This document shows positions 31,141-41,315 of a stretch of DNA of 64,000 nt, in pieces; within the stretch, counting starts at the first letter, position 1, and the number at the start of each line of letters is the position of its first letter. The translations under genes and the position numbers were made by a program. The stretch is from an uncultured Actinomycetes bacterium. Lineage in GTDB: Bacteria > Actinomycetota > Thermoleophilia > RBG-16-64-13. The DNA lies in NCBI GenBank assembly GCA_963816155.1, contig CAWFJE010000010.1:18221-82220 (forward strand), given 5' to 3'. The notes under the pieces are model-generated. The model was not told the origin of the DNA. It searched no databases and was given only the letters and a program-made list of their open reading frames with translations.

Positions 31141-31487
31141 TCAGACGCGCTTCTCTTTGACGCGCGCCTTCTTGCCCAGTTTGTCGCGCAGATAGTAGAG
31201 CTTGGCCCGGGCGACGTCGCCCACAGCCGTCACTTCGATCTTGTCGATCTTCGGCGAATGGACCGGGAAGGTACGTTCCACACCCACACCGAAGGACTGC
31301 TTGCGGACTGTGAACGTCTCCCGAGCACCATTACCCTGCTTGCGGATGCAGAATCCTTGGAAGACCTGGATCCTCTCCCTGCTTCCCTCTACCACCTTGA
31401 AATGTACGCGTAACGTGTCCCCGGACTTGAAAACGGGGAGATCCTGGCGGAGTTGCGCGCGTTCGAATTCTTCTATCGCTCCCATTG
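31141..31487 (-). CDS. rplS: 50S ribosomal protein L19
   Basis: [35 protein letters not shown]; start at the internal Met. Confidence 0.9.
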
Positions 31488-31614
31488 CATACCTAGCCCT
31501 AGTTCGACCCTGGATGGATTGTTCCGGCCTTCCCGACGAAAAGCCAGCAGACTTTAGAGCATCCGGCCCTCGATTGCAACCGCCGGTCCCATGGTCGGCC
31601 AGCCGCACGCCTAT

Positions 31615-32205
31615 CTAGAGCCCGCTCCAATGGCTGATGGGCCAGTACACCACGAAGGCCTTCCCGATGATGGAATCGACGTCGATAGGGCCGAAAAGGC
31701 GACTGTCCCCACTGTTGTTCCTGTTGTCGCCCATCACAAAGACCTGGCCCGAAGGGATAGTGGTCTCGAGATCCGGTCCTTCGAACGGACTCTCCAGCAC
31801 ATAGGGCTCTTCCTGCGTGACGCCGTTGACGTACAGCCGCCCGTCCTTGATCTCCACGGTGTCACCGGCGACGGCGACCACACGCTTGACCAGGTCCTCC
31901 TCCTGATTCACAGGCGATTGGAACACGATGACGTCTCCGCTCTGCGGATCGCGGAAGTGATAGGTCAAGCGGCTGAGAAGGATGCGGTCTCCTTCTTCCA
32001 AGGTGGTGCGCATCGAGATCTGATGGATGGTGAAGGGCTTGAGGAGGAAGGCCTGTACGAGCATGGCGATAGCAAAAGCGGCCACCACGATGACCACCAC
32101 CTCGAGTACCAGGCTCAGCGCTCCCCGCTTCTTCACCTCGGTGGTCCCGACACGCGGCGAGGAGGTCGGCCGTTCGGGATCCACACCGTCGTTCTCAAGG
32201 CTCAC
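31615..32205 (-). CDS. lepB: Signal peptidase I (copy 2, tandem paralog on the other side of rplS)
   Basis: N-terminal TM, ISMRTTL Ser box, GDNRNNSGDSRLFGPID box E; start trimmed to avoid trmD. Confidence 0.8.
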   Translation of the reverse strand: MSLENDGVDPERPTSSPRVGTTEVKKRGALSLVLEVVVIVVAAFAIAMLVQAFLLKPFTIHQISMRTTLEEGDRILLSRLTYHFRDPQSGDVIVFQSPVNQEEDLVKRVVAVAGDTVEIKDGRLYVNGVTQEEPYVLESPFEGPDLETTIPSGQVFVMGDNRNNSGDSRLFGPIDVDSIIGKAFVVYWPISHWSGL

Positions 32206-32917
32206 GCTTGACCTCCGCTTCCCGTTCCGAAGGCCGCTGCCATGGTGAGGGACGCGCCTGCCCGCGCCGCCAGCGCGCGATGGCCGCATGGTCGCCGCTC
32301 ATGAGGACCGCGGGGACCTCCCGGCCCTGGAACTCCCGCGGCCGCGTGTAGTGAGGATACTCGATCATACCCTGCAATTCCTCGCTGAAGGACTCCTCCA
32401 GTACGCTGTCGGTGTTGCCCAGAGAGCCGGGCAGATGACGGACCACGGCCTCGACCACGGCCAAGGCGGCCACTTCCCCTCCGGCGAGCACGTACGGTCC
32501 GATGGAGAGAGACCCGGTGGCCAACACCTCCTCGACCCGGGCGTCAAAACCCTCGAACCTCCCGCAGAGCAGCACCAGGTCACGCTCTCCGACCGAAAGG
32601 TCGCGACACACCCGATGATCGAAGGGCCGACCGCTCGCGGCCAGGACGTACACGTCGCGAACGTCGCGCACCTGATGTGCGGGCGTCGCAAAGACACCTT
32701 CGAGGGCCGCCGCGACGATGTCGACGCGAGTCACCATCCCGGGACCGCCTCCGTAGGGCGTGTCGTCGACCTCGTGGTGAGGCAAGGGACTGTACTCGCG
32801 GATGTTGTGAACCCCGATGTCCACGGCCCCCGCGCCGATGGCCGCGGAGACGGGGTGCTGTTTGACGAACCAAGCAAACGCCTGGGGCACCAGCGTGAAG
32901 ATGTCGATGCGCCTCAC
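32195..32917 (-). CDS. trmD: tRNA (guanine37-N1)-methyltransferase
   Basis: MRRIDIFTLVPQAF...HHEVDDTPYGGGPGMV SPOUT knot motif. Confidence 0.9.
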   Translation of the reverse strand: MRRIDIFTLVPQAFAWFVKQHPVSAAIGAGAVDIGVHNIREYSPLPHHEVDDTPYGGGPGMVTRVDIVAAALEGVFATPAHQVRDVRDVYVLAASGRPFDHRVCRDLSVGERDLVLLCGRFEGFDARVEEVLATGSLSIGPYVLAGGEVAALAVVEAVVRHLPGSLGNTDSVLEESFSEELQGMIEYPHYTRPREFQGREVPAVLMSGDHAAIARWRRGQARPSPWQRPSEREAEVKREP

Positions 32918-33546
32918 GACTGGTCGAGAAAGCGGGTGGTCACCACCAGGTAGCCCTCCCTCATGCAGACTTCGGGGACGGCTTCCTTCACGAAGGGGAT
33001 GAGGACTTCACCCGCCTGCCGGTGTTCTGCATCGTCGCCGGTGCGGCCCGAAATCCCCCGCTTCAGCGGGAGCACGGCGATGAGGGCGTGGCCGGGGGTG
33101 TCGAAAGCATCCGCGACCGTACCCCACACGACTCCCCGATCGTCTCTGACTTCAAGCCCCAGCAGATCGAAGGGGTAGAACTCATCATCCTCGAGTTCCG
33201 GCAACTCCTCTGCAGGTATCTCCAGTACAAGACCGCGCAAAGTCTCCGCGCCCTCACGGTCGGGCACTTCCTGGAAGGAGACTATGGGGAAGGCGGTATC
33301 GCCCCGGACGGTGCTGATGGTCAGACGCACACGCTCGCGCTCTCGCCGGACCGCTCCTCCCACCTCTTGGGGGCGCCCATAGACCACGGAGCCCGGCATG
33401 AAGCGATCGGGATTGTCCGACTCCGGCAGCACGCGCAACTCTCCGTGCACGCCGTGAACTCGCGAGATGTGCCCGACCTCGACCCACTCAGGCCGGCCCC
33501 GTTCCGGGCCCGTCTCAGAAGGTGATCCCGGCCCCCGCGTCTGCAC
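32914..33546 (-). CDS. rimM: 16S rRNA processing protein RimM (start possibly internal)
   Basis: VGHISRVHGVHGELRV... PRC barrel; conserved rimM-trmD order. Confidence 0.8.
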   Translation of the reverse strand: MQTRGPGSPSETGPERGRPEWVEVGHISRVHGVHGELRVLPESDNPDRFMPGSVVYGRPQEVGGAVRRERERVRLTISTVRGDTAFPIVSFQEVPDREGAETLRGLVLEIPAEELPELEDDEFYPFDLLGLEVRDDRGVVWGTVADAFDTPGHALIAVLPLKRGISGRTGDDAEHRQAGEVLIPFVKEAVPEVCMREGYLVVTTRFLDQS

Positions 33547-33557
33547 GACCTCGGCCC

Positions 33558-33788
33558 TCAGTCGACGATCTCGACGGTGGCCTGCTTGCCGTCCTTCACG
33601 GCACTCGCCTTGACCACCGTGCGCAGAGCGCGGGCAATACGACCCTGTTTGCCGATCACTTTGCCCACGTCTTCCTTGGCCACGCTCAGGCGCAACACGA
33701 CGCTGTCGCCCGTCACGGTCTCTTCCACCCGCACTTGTTCTGGGTGGTCGACGAGCGACCGCGCCAGGAACTCAAGCAGCTCTTTCAC
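33558..33788 (-). CDS. KH-domain RNA-binding protein (YlqC/UPF0109)
   Basis: 76 aa; VGKVIGKQGRIARALRTVV KH GxxG loop. Confidence 0.8.
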   Translation of the reverse strand: MKELLEFLARSLVDHPEQVRVEETVTGDSVVLRLSVAKEDVGKVIGKQGRIARALRTVVKASAVKDGKQATVEIVD

Positions 33789-34031
33789 CTAGACGATGCC
33801 TTTCAGACTCAGTAGTTTCCGCACCGTATTGGAGGGCTGAGCGCCAGTTTCCAGCCATTTCTTGGCCTTGATCTCATCCACCTCTATGACGGAGGGATCC
33901 TGCAGCGGGTTGTAGTAGCCGATGCTCTCGATGAACCGGCCGTCACGGGCGTTGCGAGAATCGGTCACCACGATACGATACGTGGGACGCTTCTTACTGC
34001 CGCGACGAGCCAGCCTGATAGCTGTTGCCAT
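33789..34031 (-). CDS. rpsP: 30S ribosomal protein S16
   Basis: [35 protein letters not shown]. Confidence 0.95.
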   Translation of the reverse strand: MATAIRLARRGSKKRPTYRIVVTDSRNARDGRFIESIGYYNPLQDPSVIEVDEIKAKKWLETGAQPSNTVRKLLSLKGIV

Positions 34032-34047
34032 TGGTCACCTCCTCCCT

Positions 34048-35379
34048 CTAACTCGGGTTCCCGAACATCTGGAACGGATTCTTGGGCATGTGGCCTGAGC
34101 CCAGTTGCTTCATCATCTTCTGGACCTGCTTGAACTGGGTGAGCAACTGGTTGACCTGTTGGATATCCGAGCCTGAGCCCGCGGCGATACGCCGGCGGCG
34201 GCTGCCGTTGATCATATCGGGGTGGCGACGCTCCTCGGGAGTCATCGAGGATATGACGGCCTGGATCTTGTCGAAGGCCCGGTCGTCGACCTGAAGCCCT
34301 TTGAGCTTGTTCGAGGGGATCCCCGGGATCATGCCCAAGAGGCTACTCAGCGAGCCCATCTTACGCACCTGCTGGATCTGGTCGAGGAAGTCTTCGAAGG
34401 TGAAGGTGCTCTTGCGCAGCTTCTGTTCCAACTCCCGGGCCTTCTTCTCGTCGATGGAACTCTCTGCCTTCTCGATGAGAGAGAGCACGTCGCCCATGCC
34501 CAGGATGCGCGAAGCCACCCGGTCGGGGTGGAAATACTCGAAATTGTCGAGCTTCTCGCCGCTGCTGGCGAATTTGATGGGCTTGCCGGTGACGGCGCGC
34601 ACGGAGAGAGCGGCCCCGCCGCGGGCATCTCCGTCCATCTTGGTGAGGATGACGCCGTCGAACTGCACCTGTTCCTGGAACTGCAGAGCCACGTTGACGG
34701 CATCCTGCCCGGTCATGGCATCGAGTACCAACAGGATGTTGTGCGGCTTGACCGTGTTACGGATGCGGACCAGTTCCTGCATGAGCGTCTCATCGATGTG
34801 CAACCGGCCCGCCGTATCGACGATGAGGACGTCGCGGCCCTTCTGTCGAGCCCATTCCACGCCGTGCTTGGCGATATCCACCGGATCGGCCTTGGTGCCT
34901 TCGTCGTACACCGGCACGCTCAGCTGCTCACCCAGGCTCTTCAACTGGTCGACGGCCGCGGGACGATAGACGTCTCCGGCCACGAGACCCGGGCTCTTGC
35001 CCTGAGCGAGGAGGAAGTTGGCCAGCTTGCCACACGCCGTGGTCTTGCCCGAGCCCTGTAGACCTACCATCATGATCACCGTGGGAGGCCGCGGCGAGAA
35101 GGTGAGTTTGGTCGTGGCCGAGCCCATGAGGGCGGTCAGCTCCTCGTTGACTATCTTGACGAACTGCTGCGCCGGCGTGAGGCTTTCCAGGACCTCGACC
35201 CCCAGTGCCCGCTCCTTGACCTTGTCGACGAATTGCTTGACCACCTTGTAGTTGACATCCGCTTCGAGCAAGGCAAGCCGGATCTCGCGCGCAGCACGCT
35301 CGACATCCTTGTCGGTCAGCTTGCCCTTCTTGAGCCCGTCAAAGGCCGTCTGCAGCTTGTCTGAGAGAGAATCGAACAC
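34048..35379 (-). CDS. ffh: Signal recognition particle protein Ffh
   Basis: N, G (GLQGSGKTT, DTAGRL) and M domains; GTG start. Confidence 0.95.
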   Translation of the reverse strand: MFDSLSDKLQTAFDGLKKGKLTDKDVERAAREIRLALLEADVNYKVVKQFVDKVKERALGVEVLESLTPAQQFVKIVNEELTALMGSATTKLTFSPRPPTVIMMVGLQGSGKTTACGKLANFLLAQGKSPGLVAGDVYRPAAVDQLKSLGEQLSVPVYDEGTKADPVDIAKHGVEWARQKGRDVLIVDTAGRLHIDETLMQELVRIRNTVKPHNILLVLDAMTGQDAVNVALQFQEQVQFDGVILTKMDGDARGGAALSVRAVTGKPIKFASSGEKLDNFEYFHPDRVASRILGMGDVLSLIEKAESSIDEKKARELEQKLRKSTFTFEDFLDQIQQVRKMGSLSSLLGMIPGIPSNKLKGLQVDDRAFDKIQAVISSMTPEERRHPDMINGSRRRRIAAGSGSDIQQVNQLLTQFKQVQKMMKQLGSGHMPKNPFQMFGNPS

Positions 35380-35492
35380 CTGTCACCAGACCCATCGCCC
35401 GCGTCTGCGGGCACACTTGAACGAGCGGCCCCGCATGGGCCGCGAAGCTGGGAGTTTACTAGCAGCCGGGAGCCGCGTCAAACGGACCGGAC

Positions 35493-36497
35493 TCAATGCG
35501 TAGCCATGGTGTCTTCAAACAGAAGCGAGGTGAACCCCGCGGCGTCGAAAGGCTGCAGGCTGTCGAGCTTCTCTCCCGTGCCGATGAGCTTGATGGGCAA
35601 GTCGAGTTCGTGGGACACGGCCAAGGCGATGCCGCCCTTTGCCGTGCCATCCATCTTGGTCAGCACGACGCCACTCAAGTCCGCCGCTTTTTGGAACATG
35701 CGCGCCTGGATGAGGCCGTTCTGCCCCGTGGTGGCGTCGATGGTGAGAAGACATTCGTGGGGCGCATCGGGAATGCGCTTCTTGATGACCCGACCGATCT
35801 TCTCCAACTCGTTCATGAGGTTGACCTGAGTATGAAGACGTCCGGCCGTGTCGATGATGACCACGTCCACCCCTCGGGCCTGCGCAGCCGCGATGCCGTC
35901 GAAGACCACAGCGCCCGGATCGCCGCCTCGCTCGTGGTGCACCACCTCGCAATCCACACGCCTTCCCCATTCCACCAGCTGCTCCACTGCGGCTGCTCGA
36001 AAGGTGTCCCCGGCCACCAGCAGAGGCTCCCTACCCAGTTGCTTCAGATGCCAGGCGATCTTGCCTATGGTGGTGGTCTTGCCCGTGCCGTTCACGCCCA
36101 CCATGAGGAGCACGGCGGGTGAATGCGCCACGTCGATGCGAGAGTCCGCTTGGGAGAAGTGCGCCGCCGTCAGTTCTCGCAGCCTGGTCATGAGCGTGGC
36201 CGAGTCCTTGATGGCCCCCGCATCCGCCTCCGCCTCCAGCGCGCTCACGATGGAGACGGTGGTCTCCACGCCCACGTCGGCGAAGATCAGAGCCTCTTCG
36301 ATCTTCTCCCACAGATCCTCGTCAAAGCGATCGAACAGAACGGATGCAAACTGCTGTTGCAGGGCCTTACGACTCTTGGCCAACCCATCGCGAAGTTGGG
36401 AGAACCATCCCCTGCGCGCCTCCTGATCATCCCCAGGAGTACCGACCGAGCGGTCCTCGCTCACACCTATGAACACTTCCGACCAGTTGTAGCTCAA
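35493..36497 (-). CDS. ftsY: SRP receptor FtsY (NG domains only)
   Basis: GVNGTGKTTTIGK, DTAGRLH, TKMDGTAKGG. Confidence 0.9.
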   Translation of the reverse strand: MSYNWSEVFIGVSEDRSVGTPGDDQEARRGWFSQLRDGLAKSRKALQQQFASVLFDRFDEDLWEKIEEALIFADVGVETTVSIVSALEAEADAGAIKDSATLMTRLRELTAAHFSQADSRIDVAHSPAVLLMVGVNGTGKTTTIGKIAWHLKQLGREPLLVAGDTFRAAAVEQLVEWGRRVDCEVVHHERGGDPGAVVFDGIAAAQARGVDVVIIDTAGRLHTQVNLMNELEKIGRVIKKRIPDAPHECLLTIDATTGQNGLIQARMFQKAADLSGVVLTKMDGTAKGGIALAVSHELDLPIKLIGTGEKLDSLQPFDAAGFTSLLFEDTMATH

Positions 36498-36501
36498 GTC
36501 T

Positions 36502-39500
36502 TCATGCCTCCTTGACCATCATGGGAGCGCGCTGCTGCTCTTCGTCGCGTGCCGCCCGCTTGGAAGAACCAAGGCGACGCGACAGGACGCGGGAAGTGCC
36601 GTCGGCCTCAAGGGCCACACCGTACAGAGTATCGGCGATCTCCATCGTCTGTCGCTGATGCGTGATGATGATGAACTGCGTCCGGTCTCTGTAGCGGTGG
36701 ATAAGGGACAGGAAGCGACGGATGTTGACATCGTCCAAGGATGCCTCCACTTCGTCCAGTATGTAGAAGGGACAGGGGCGGGCCAGGAATAGCGAGAACA
36801 GGAAGGCGATGGCCGTCATGGCCTTCTCTCCCCCCGAGAGCAGACTCATGCTGCGCGGAGCCTTGTTGGGCAACTTCACCGATAGCGAGATGCCCGGGAT
36901 GATATCCTCGTCTTCGCCACCTTCATCGGGGCTCTCACCGTCCGCCTGTTTGTCCCGTCGCGCTCCCACCCCCGCCTCAGTCAGGGCGAGACTCCCTTTG
37001 GCCCCGGGGAAGATGGTCGCGATGACGGCCTCGAAGTGGTCTTTGGTGGCCGAGAAGATCTCCATGAAAGCCGTGTTGACGTGTTCGTCCAGTCCGCTGA
37101 TGACGTCCTGCAACTGGGCCATGGAGGCCTCAAGATCCCTGCGTTGCTCGCCCAGGAAACGGGCGCGCTCCTCCATCTCGGCGCATTCCTGCTCGGCCAG
37201 TGGGTTCACCGGGCCGATGCGCTCGCGGCGCTGATCGGCCCTCTCTACCGCCCGCTCCAATGACTCAGCCGACTCCCCGGCCACGTCCTTAGGAGCGAGG
37301 TTTCGCGGGGAGAGATGCTTTCGGCGCAACTCCGCCAGTTCGGCGTCAAGCAACGCTCGGCGATCATCCAGTCGGGCGTGATCGACCTGCAAGTCGGCGA
37401 TCTGCGTGGCCAGTGCATCGTGCTCCCGCTGCAGAGTGCTCTCCTCTCCACCGCCCTCGCGCATGACCTGTGCGGCGCCGTCCGACTGCGACCGGGCCTC
37501 GCCGACCCGCAGTTCGAGGTCACCGGCCGCACCACGGGTCCGATCCGTGAGTCGCTCGACGCAGCTGAGCAGGCCGGCCAGCACGGGGCCGTAGGCGGCC
37601 AACATCTCCACCCGCCGCCCGAACCGCTCGGCATCCGCCGCGGCCGCGTCGCGCTGTGCACGGGCCCGCTCCCGTTCCGCCTCCTGAGCGCGACAGCGTT
37701 CACGCAGACGCACCGCCAGCAAAACGGCCTGTGCCTTCTTCTCTTCCAGAAGGCCCACCTGGCGTCTGCTTGCCTCCAGATCGGCCTGCAGGGAGCACAG
37801 CGCGGCCCGGACCTCTTGCAATTCCGCGTCGCGCCGCTTGAGAGTCACCTCCACCTCCTCCGCCTCCAGCGTCAACTGGGCACGGAGAACCCGCTCCCTC
37901 TCTTCCCGCGCCTTGAGTTCCTGGAGGTGCCGGCGAGCCTCTTCCACGCGTCTGACCAGGAGGTCGGCCTCGTTCCTTGAGTTCAGTGAGGCCCGCTCTG
38001 CAGACCGTAGGTCCTCCTCAGCCCCCTGATGCGCGGCCTCGGCCTCCCTCAGGGCTACCCTGGCCCGCACGGTGGTCGCGACCGCCTCACCGCGCTGCGC
38101 CTCGACCCGCTGGTGCTCATCTTCGACGGCCTCCAACTCGTTGCGGGCTCGCAGATGAGCCTCGGCCCCCGCTTCCGTGCGGCGGGCCGCGTGCACGCTG
38201 CCGGTAATCAGTTCGCCTGTGCGCGTCACCAAGCGCCATCCCTCCGTCGAGCTCCTCAGAGCCGCAGCGGCACTCCCATCCTCCTCGATCAGCAGCGCGG
38301 TGGGAGGCACGAGGCTTCTGAGCCCGTCGACGACGGCCCGGGGTCCGGAGACAACCTCCCAAAGGTCACGAAGGCCGGCCGGCGGGCTGCCGGCCCCGTT
38401 CTCCCTCGCCGCGCGCGCATTTTCTCGCTCCCAGAGGACTTCCACTGGTCCTTCCAGTCGGAGGGCCGTGGCCACATCGCAGCCATCCTCCAGTACCACG
38501 GCCTGGATCAGCGGTCCCAGCGCGGCCGCTAGAGCGCGTTCGTAGCCCGGCTCTACCACCAGCACCTCGGTGAGAAGACGCGATCCCTCACCCGCTTCCA
38601 GCAGCCCGCGCGCGCCGTTCGACAATCCCTCACGGCGGACGATGAGATCCCGCAAGACGGTCCGGCGGGACGCGAGACCGCTCAGAAGCTCGCCCAGATG
38701 TCGTTCCTCCTGCTCCGCCGCCGCTGTCCGTGCGCGCGTGTCATCACGGCGCTCTTCAGCCGCGGTGACCGCCTCGATCGATTGAGTCAGAGAGGCATCG
38801 GCCTCTTCGCAGCGGCGGGCGAGCTCCTCTTCTTGGGCCTGCAACTCGCCCTCTCTGGCTGTAGCCGCCGCACTGAGGGCCGAAACCTCTGTCGAGATCC
38901 GGTCTTTGTCCTCCATCTGCCTGCGCAGAAGATCCCGGTCCTGCGAGGCGCGCGACCGGACCGTCTCCAGCTCGAAGATGTCATCCTTCAGATCGTCTTC
39001 GTCGGCTGCGGCGGTCCGGAAGGCCGGCAGGACTGCCTCAAGCTCAGCCTGCTTCTGCTCCAGGATGGTGCTCACCACCTCGAGCCTGCCTTCGTCCGAA
39101 GTGTGCGCAGCGGTCTTTTCGACCCTGTCGCTCAGCGAGACCAACAGGCTCGCGGCCAGCTCCCGGCGCCGCGCGGCCCGATCGAGTTCCGCTTCGTTGC
39201 GGGCCACCCTCTGTCTCAAGGCCATCGCTCGAGCTTCCAAACGCTCGGCCTCCGCCTGTACCCGATGGAAGAGACCGCTTAGATCTTCCCGCTCTTGCAG
39301 AGCAAAGGTGAACCGCTCCTCGTCTGCGGCCCGGCGCCGCCGTATAGCTGCCAGACGGTCCTCCACCTCGGCCCGCCGCAGCCGAAGAGCTGCAAGGGCC
39401 TCCTCCGTCTCCCCGCAGAGCCTCTCCACCTCGGTCAGACCCGATAGGAGGGCCCGGCCCTTGGCCAGCGCCCATTCCTCCATGGCCTGGGCAAAGCGCT

Positions 39501-40140
39501 CGGCTGCCGCCACCTGCTGACGCAAGGGCCGCAGAGCGCTCTTCACCTCGCGCTCCACATCCGCCACCCGGAGGAGGTTCTGCCGCGTCCGCTCCAGCTT
39601 GGCTCGGGTCCGTTCCCGCCTCTTCTTGAAGCGGCCCAGCCCAGCCGCTTCCTCCACGAGGGCACGACGGGCCTCGGGAGTGGAGCTCAGGACCGCTTCC
39701 ACCTTCCCCTGGCTGACGACGCTGTGCATCTCCCGGCCCATCCCCAGCCCCCCGAAGAGATCCTGCACGTCGAGCAAGCGACAGACACTGCCGTTCAGCC
39801 GGTACTCGGAGCCGCTCTCACGAACGAGACGGCGGGTCACTTGAACCTGGCTGCAATCCAAAGGCAGGGAGCCGCACTCGTTGTCGAAGACCAGCGAGAC
39901 TTCGGCCACCGCGCTCGACCGGCGCCCATCAGGACCCGTGAAGATGACATCCTGCATGGTGCGGCCCCTCAGATTGCCGGGGCTCTGCTCTCCGAGAACC
40001 CAAAGCACCGCGTCGGCGATGTTGCTCTTGCCGCTACCGTTAGGCCCGATGACCACAGTCACCCCAGGCTCGAACAGAAGCTCGGTCGGGCGGGCGAAGG
40101 TCTTGAAGCCGCGCAGGCGCACAGAGTGCAGGTGGGCCAC
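36502..40140 (-). CDS. smc: Chromosome segregation protein SMC
   Basis: 1212 aa; N-terminal Walker A GPNGSGKSNI, long coiled coils, a hinge, C-terminal LSGGEKAMTAIAFLFS signature and Walker B. Confidence 0.9.
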   Translation of the reverse strand: MAHLHSVRLRGFKTFARPTELLFEPGVTVVIGPNGSGKSNIADAVLWVLGEQSPGNLRGRTMQDVIFTGPDGRRSSAVAEVSLVFDNECGSLPLDCSQVQVTRRLVRESGSEYRLNGSVCRLLDVQDLFGGLGMGREMHSVVSQGKVEAVLSSTPEARRALVEEAAGLGRFKKRRERTRAKLERTRQNLLRVADVEREVKSALRPLRQQVAAAERFAQAMEEWALAKGRALLSGLTEVERLCGETEEALAALRLRRAEVEDRLAAIRRRRAADEERFTFALQEREDLSGLFHRVQAEAERLEARAMALRQRVARNEAELDRAARRRELAASLLVSLSDRVEKTAAHTSDEGRLEVVSTILEQKQAELEAVLPAFRTAAADEDDLKDDIFELETVRSRASQDRDLLRRQMEDKDRISTEVSALSAAATAREGELQAQEEELARRCEEADASLTQSIEAVTAAEERRDDTRARTAAAEQEERHLGELLSGLASRRTVLRDLIVRREGLSNGARGLLEAGEGSRLLTEVLVVEPGYERALAAALGPLIQAVVLEDGCDVATALRLEGPVEVLWERENARAARENGAGSPPAGLRDLWEVVSGPRAVVDGLRSLVPPTALLIEEDGSAAAALRSSTEGWRLVTRTGELITGSVHAARRTEAGAEAHLRARNELEAVEDEHQRVEAQRGEAVATTVRARVALREAEAAHQGAEEDLRSAERASLNSRNEADLLVRRVEEARRHLQELKAREERERVLRAQLTLEAEEVEVTLKRRDAELQEVRAALCSLQADLEASRRQVGLLEEKKAQAVLLAVRLRERCRAQEAERERARAQRDAAAADAERFGRRVEMLAAYGPVLAGLLSCVERLTDRTRGAAGDLELRVGEARSQSDGAAQVMREGGGEESTLQREHDALATQIADLQVDHARLDDRRALLDAELAELRRKHLSPRNLAPKDVAGESAESLERAVERADQRRERIGPVNPLAEQECAEMEERARFLGEQRRDLEASMAQLQDVISGLDEHVNTAFMEIFSATKDHFEAVIATIFPGAKGSLALTEAGVGARRDKQADGESPDEGGEDEDIIPGISLSVKLPNKAPRSMSLLSGGEKAMTAIAFLFSLFLARPCPFYILDEVEASLDDVNIRRFLSLIHRYRDRTQFIIITHQRQTMEIADTLYGVALEADGTSRVLSRRLGSSKRAARDEEQQRAPMMVKEA

Positions 40141-40141
40141 G

Positions 40142-40966
40142 TCAGATACCCTTCACTGCCACATTCAGAGAGTCCAGCGCTTCGTGCGCCGCCGCCTGCT
40201 CGCTCATCTTGATGGTCCTTCCTTCACCACGGCCCCTGACTTGCCCGTCCACATCAACCTCGGACGTGAACGTGCGTGCATGGGGAGGCCCCTCTTCCCC
40301 CACCAGACGATACACGGGCTGAAGTCCGCGTGGGGCCAGCGTCTCCTGCAGAGTGGTCTTGTGGTCCACATGCGCGGTGAGGGCGTGGTCGACTTGCGCG
40401 TCGAAAGCTTCCACCACAGCTGCTGCGGTCCTGTCGTAGCCAAAGGTGACATAGCAGGCCCCGATCAGGGCCTCCAACACGTTGCCCAGGATGGTGGGAC
40501 TCGCCGCGGCCTCTTCGCGCTTCTTCTGCTCGGGCGCGGGAGCGCGCTCGCTCAGAAGTTCGGGGACTCCCAGACGCTGTGCCACGTGGACGCAACTGGC
40601 GCGGCTCACGACGAAGGCTTTGACGCGGGCCAATTCCCCTTCCTCCCTGCAGGGATACCGCTCGTAGAGAGCAGCAACCACAGCGAGGCCCAGGACACTG
40701 TCGCCGAGGAACTCCAGGCGTTCATAGGAATCGATGCGGTCCGAGACCCACGAGGAGTGTGTCAGAGCCTGATCGAGCCTCGCCACCGGCAGAGCATCCA
40801 CGAGACCGAGGAGCCGACGGCCGAAGTCCCGTCCTTCACCGATACCCGGCCGGCTCTCGGTCAAAGACGACCCCGCCTCGGTACCCACCCCCCCACGAGA
40901 GGGCACGGTCCATGACAGTGCCTTGGACTTCATACGGGAAAACGTGGGGACCGCCCATTTCGGCAT
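40142..40966 (-). CDS. rnc: Ribonuclease III (with an N-terminal extension; start uncertain)
   Basis: ERLEFLGDSVLGLAVVAALY RNase III signature plus a C-terminal dsRBD. Confidence 0.85.
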   Translation of the reverse strand: MPKWAVPTFSRMKSKALSWTVPSRGGVGTEAGSSLTESRPGIGEGRDFGRRLLGLVDALPVARLDQALTHSSWVSDRIDSYERLEFLGDSVLGLAVVAALYERYPCREEGELARVKAFVVSRASCVHVAQRLGVPELLSERAPAPEQKKREEAAASPTILGNVLEALIGACYVTFGYDRTAAAVVEAFDAQVDHALTAHVDHKTTLQETLAPRGLQPVYRLVGEEGPPHARTFTSEVDVDGQVRGRGEGRTIKMSEQAAAHEALDSLNVAVKGI

Positions 40967-41003
40967 AGGCAGCCCCTACTCAGCGACGCGCTCGTATACC
41001 GGG

Positions 41004-41243
41004 CTAGACGTGCTCGGCGATGAAATCAACCGCCGCGCCCACAGTGGTGATGCTCTGCGCCTCTTCATCAGAGATCTTCACACCGAACTGATCCTCAAGT
41101 TCCATGATCAATTCCACCAGGTCCAGACTGTCGGCGTCCAAGTCGTCGGCAAAAGAAGCCTCCAAAGTGACGGCGGCGGCATCGACGCCCAGTTGGTCGA
41201 CCAGGATATCGCGCAACTTCGCGAGGATCTCGTCTTTGCTCAT
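41004..41243 (-). CDS. acpP: Acyl carrier protein
   Basis: [33 protein letters not shown] (DSL phosphopantetheine site). Start at the internal ATG (MSKDEIL). Confidence 0.9.
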   Translation of the reverse strand: MSKDEILAKLRDILVDQLGVDAAAVTLEASFADDLDADSLDLVELIMELEDQFGVKISDEEAQSITTVGAAVDFIAEHV

Positions 41244-41315
41244 CTGCGGCTCCTTCGTGCAGCTCGAATACGACCGGTCAAGTCCGGCATGACCGCCCCA
41301 TTGTAGCAATGCAGG

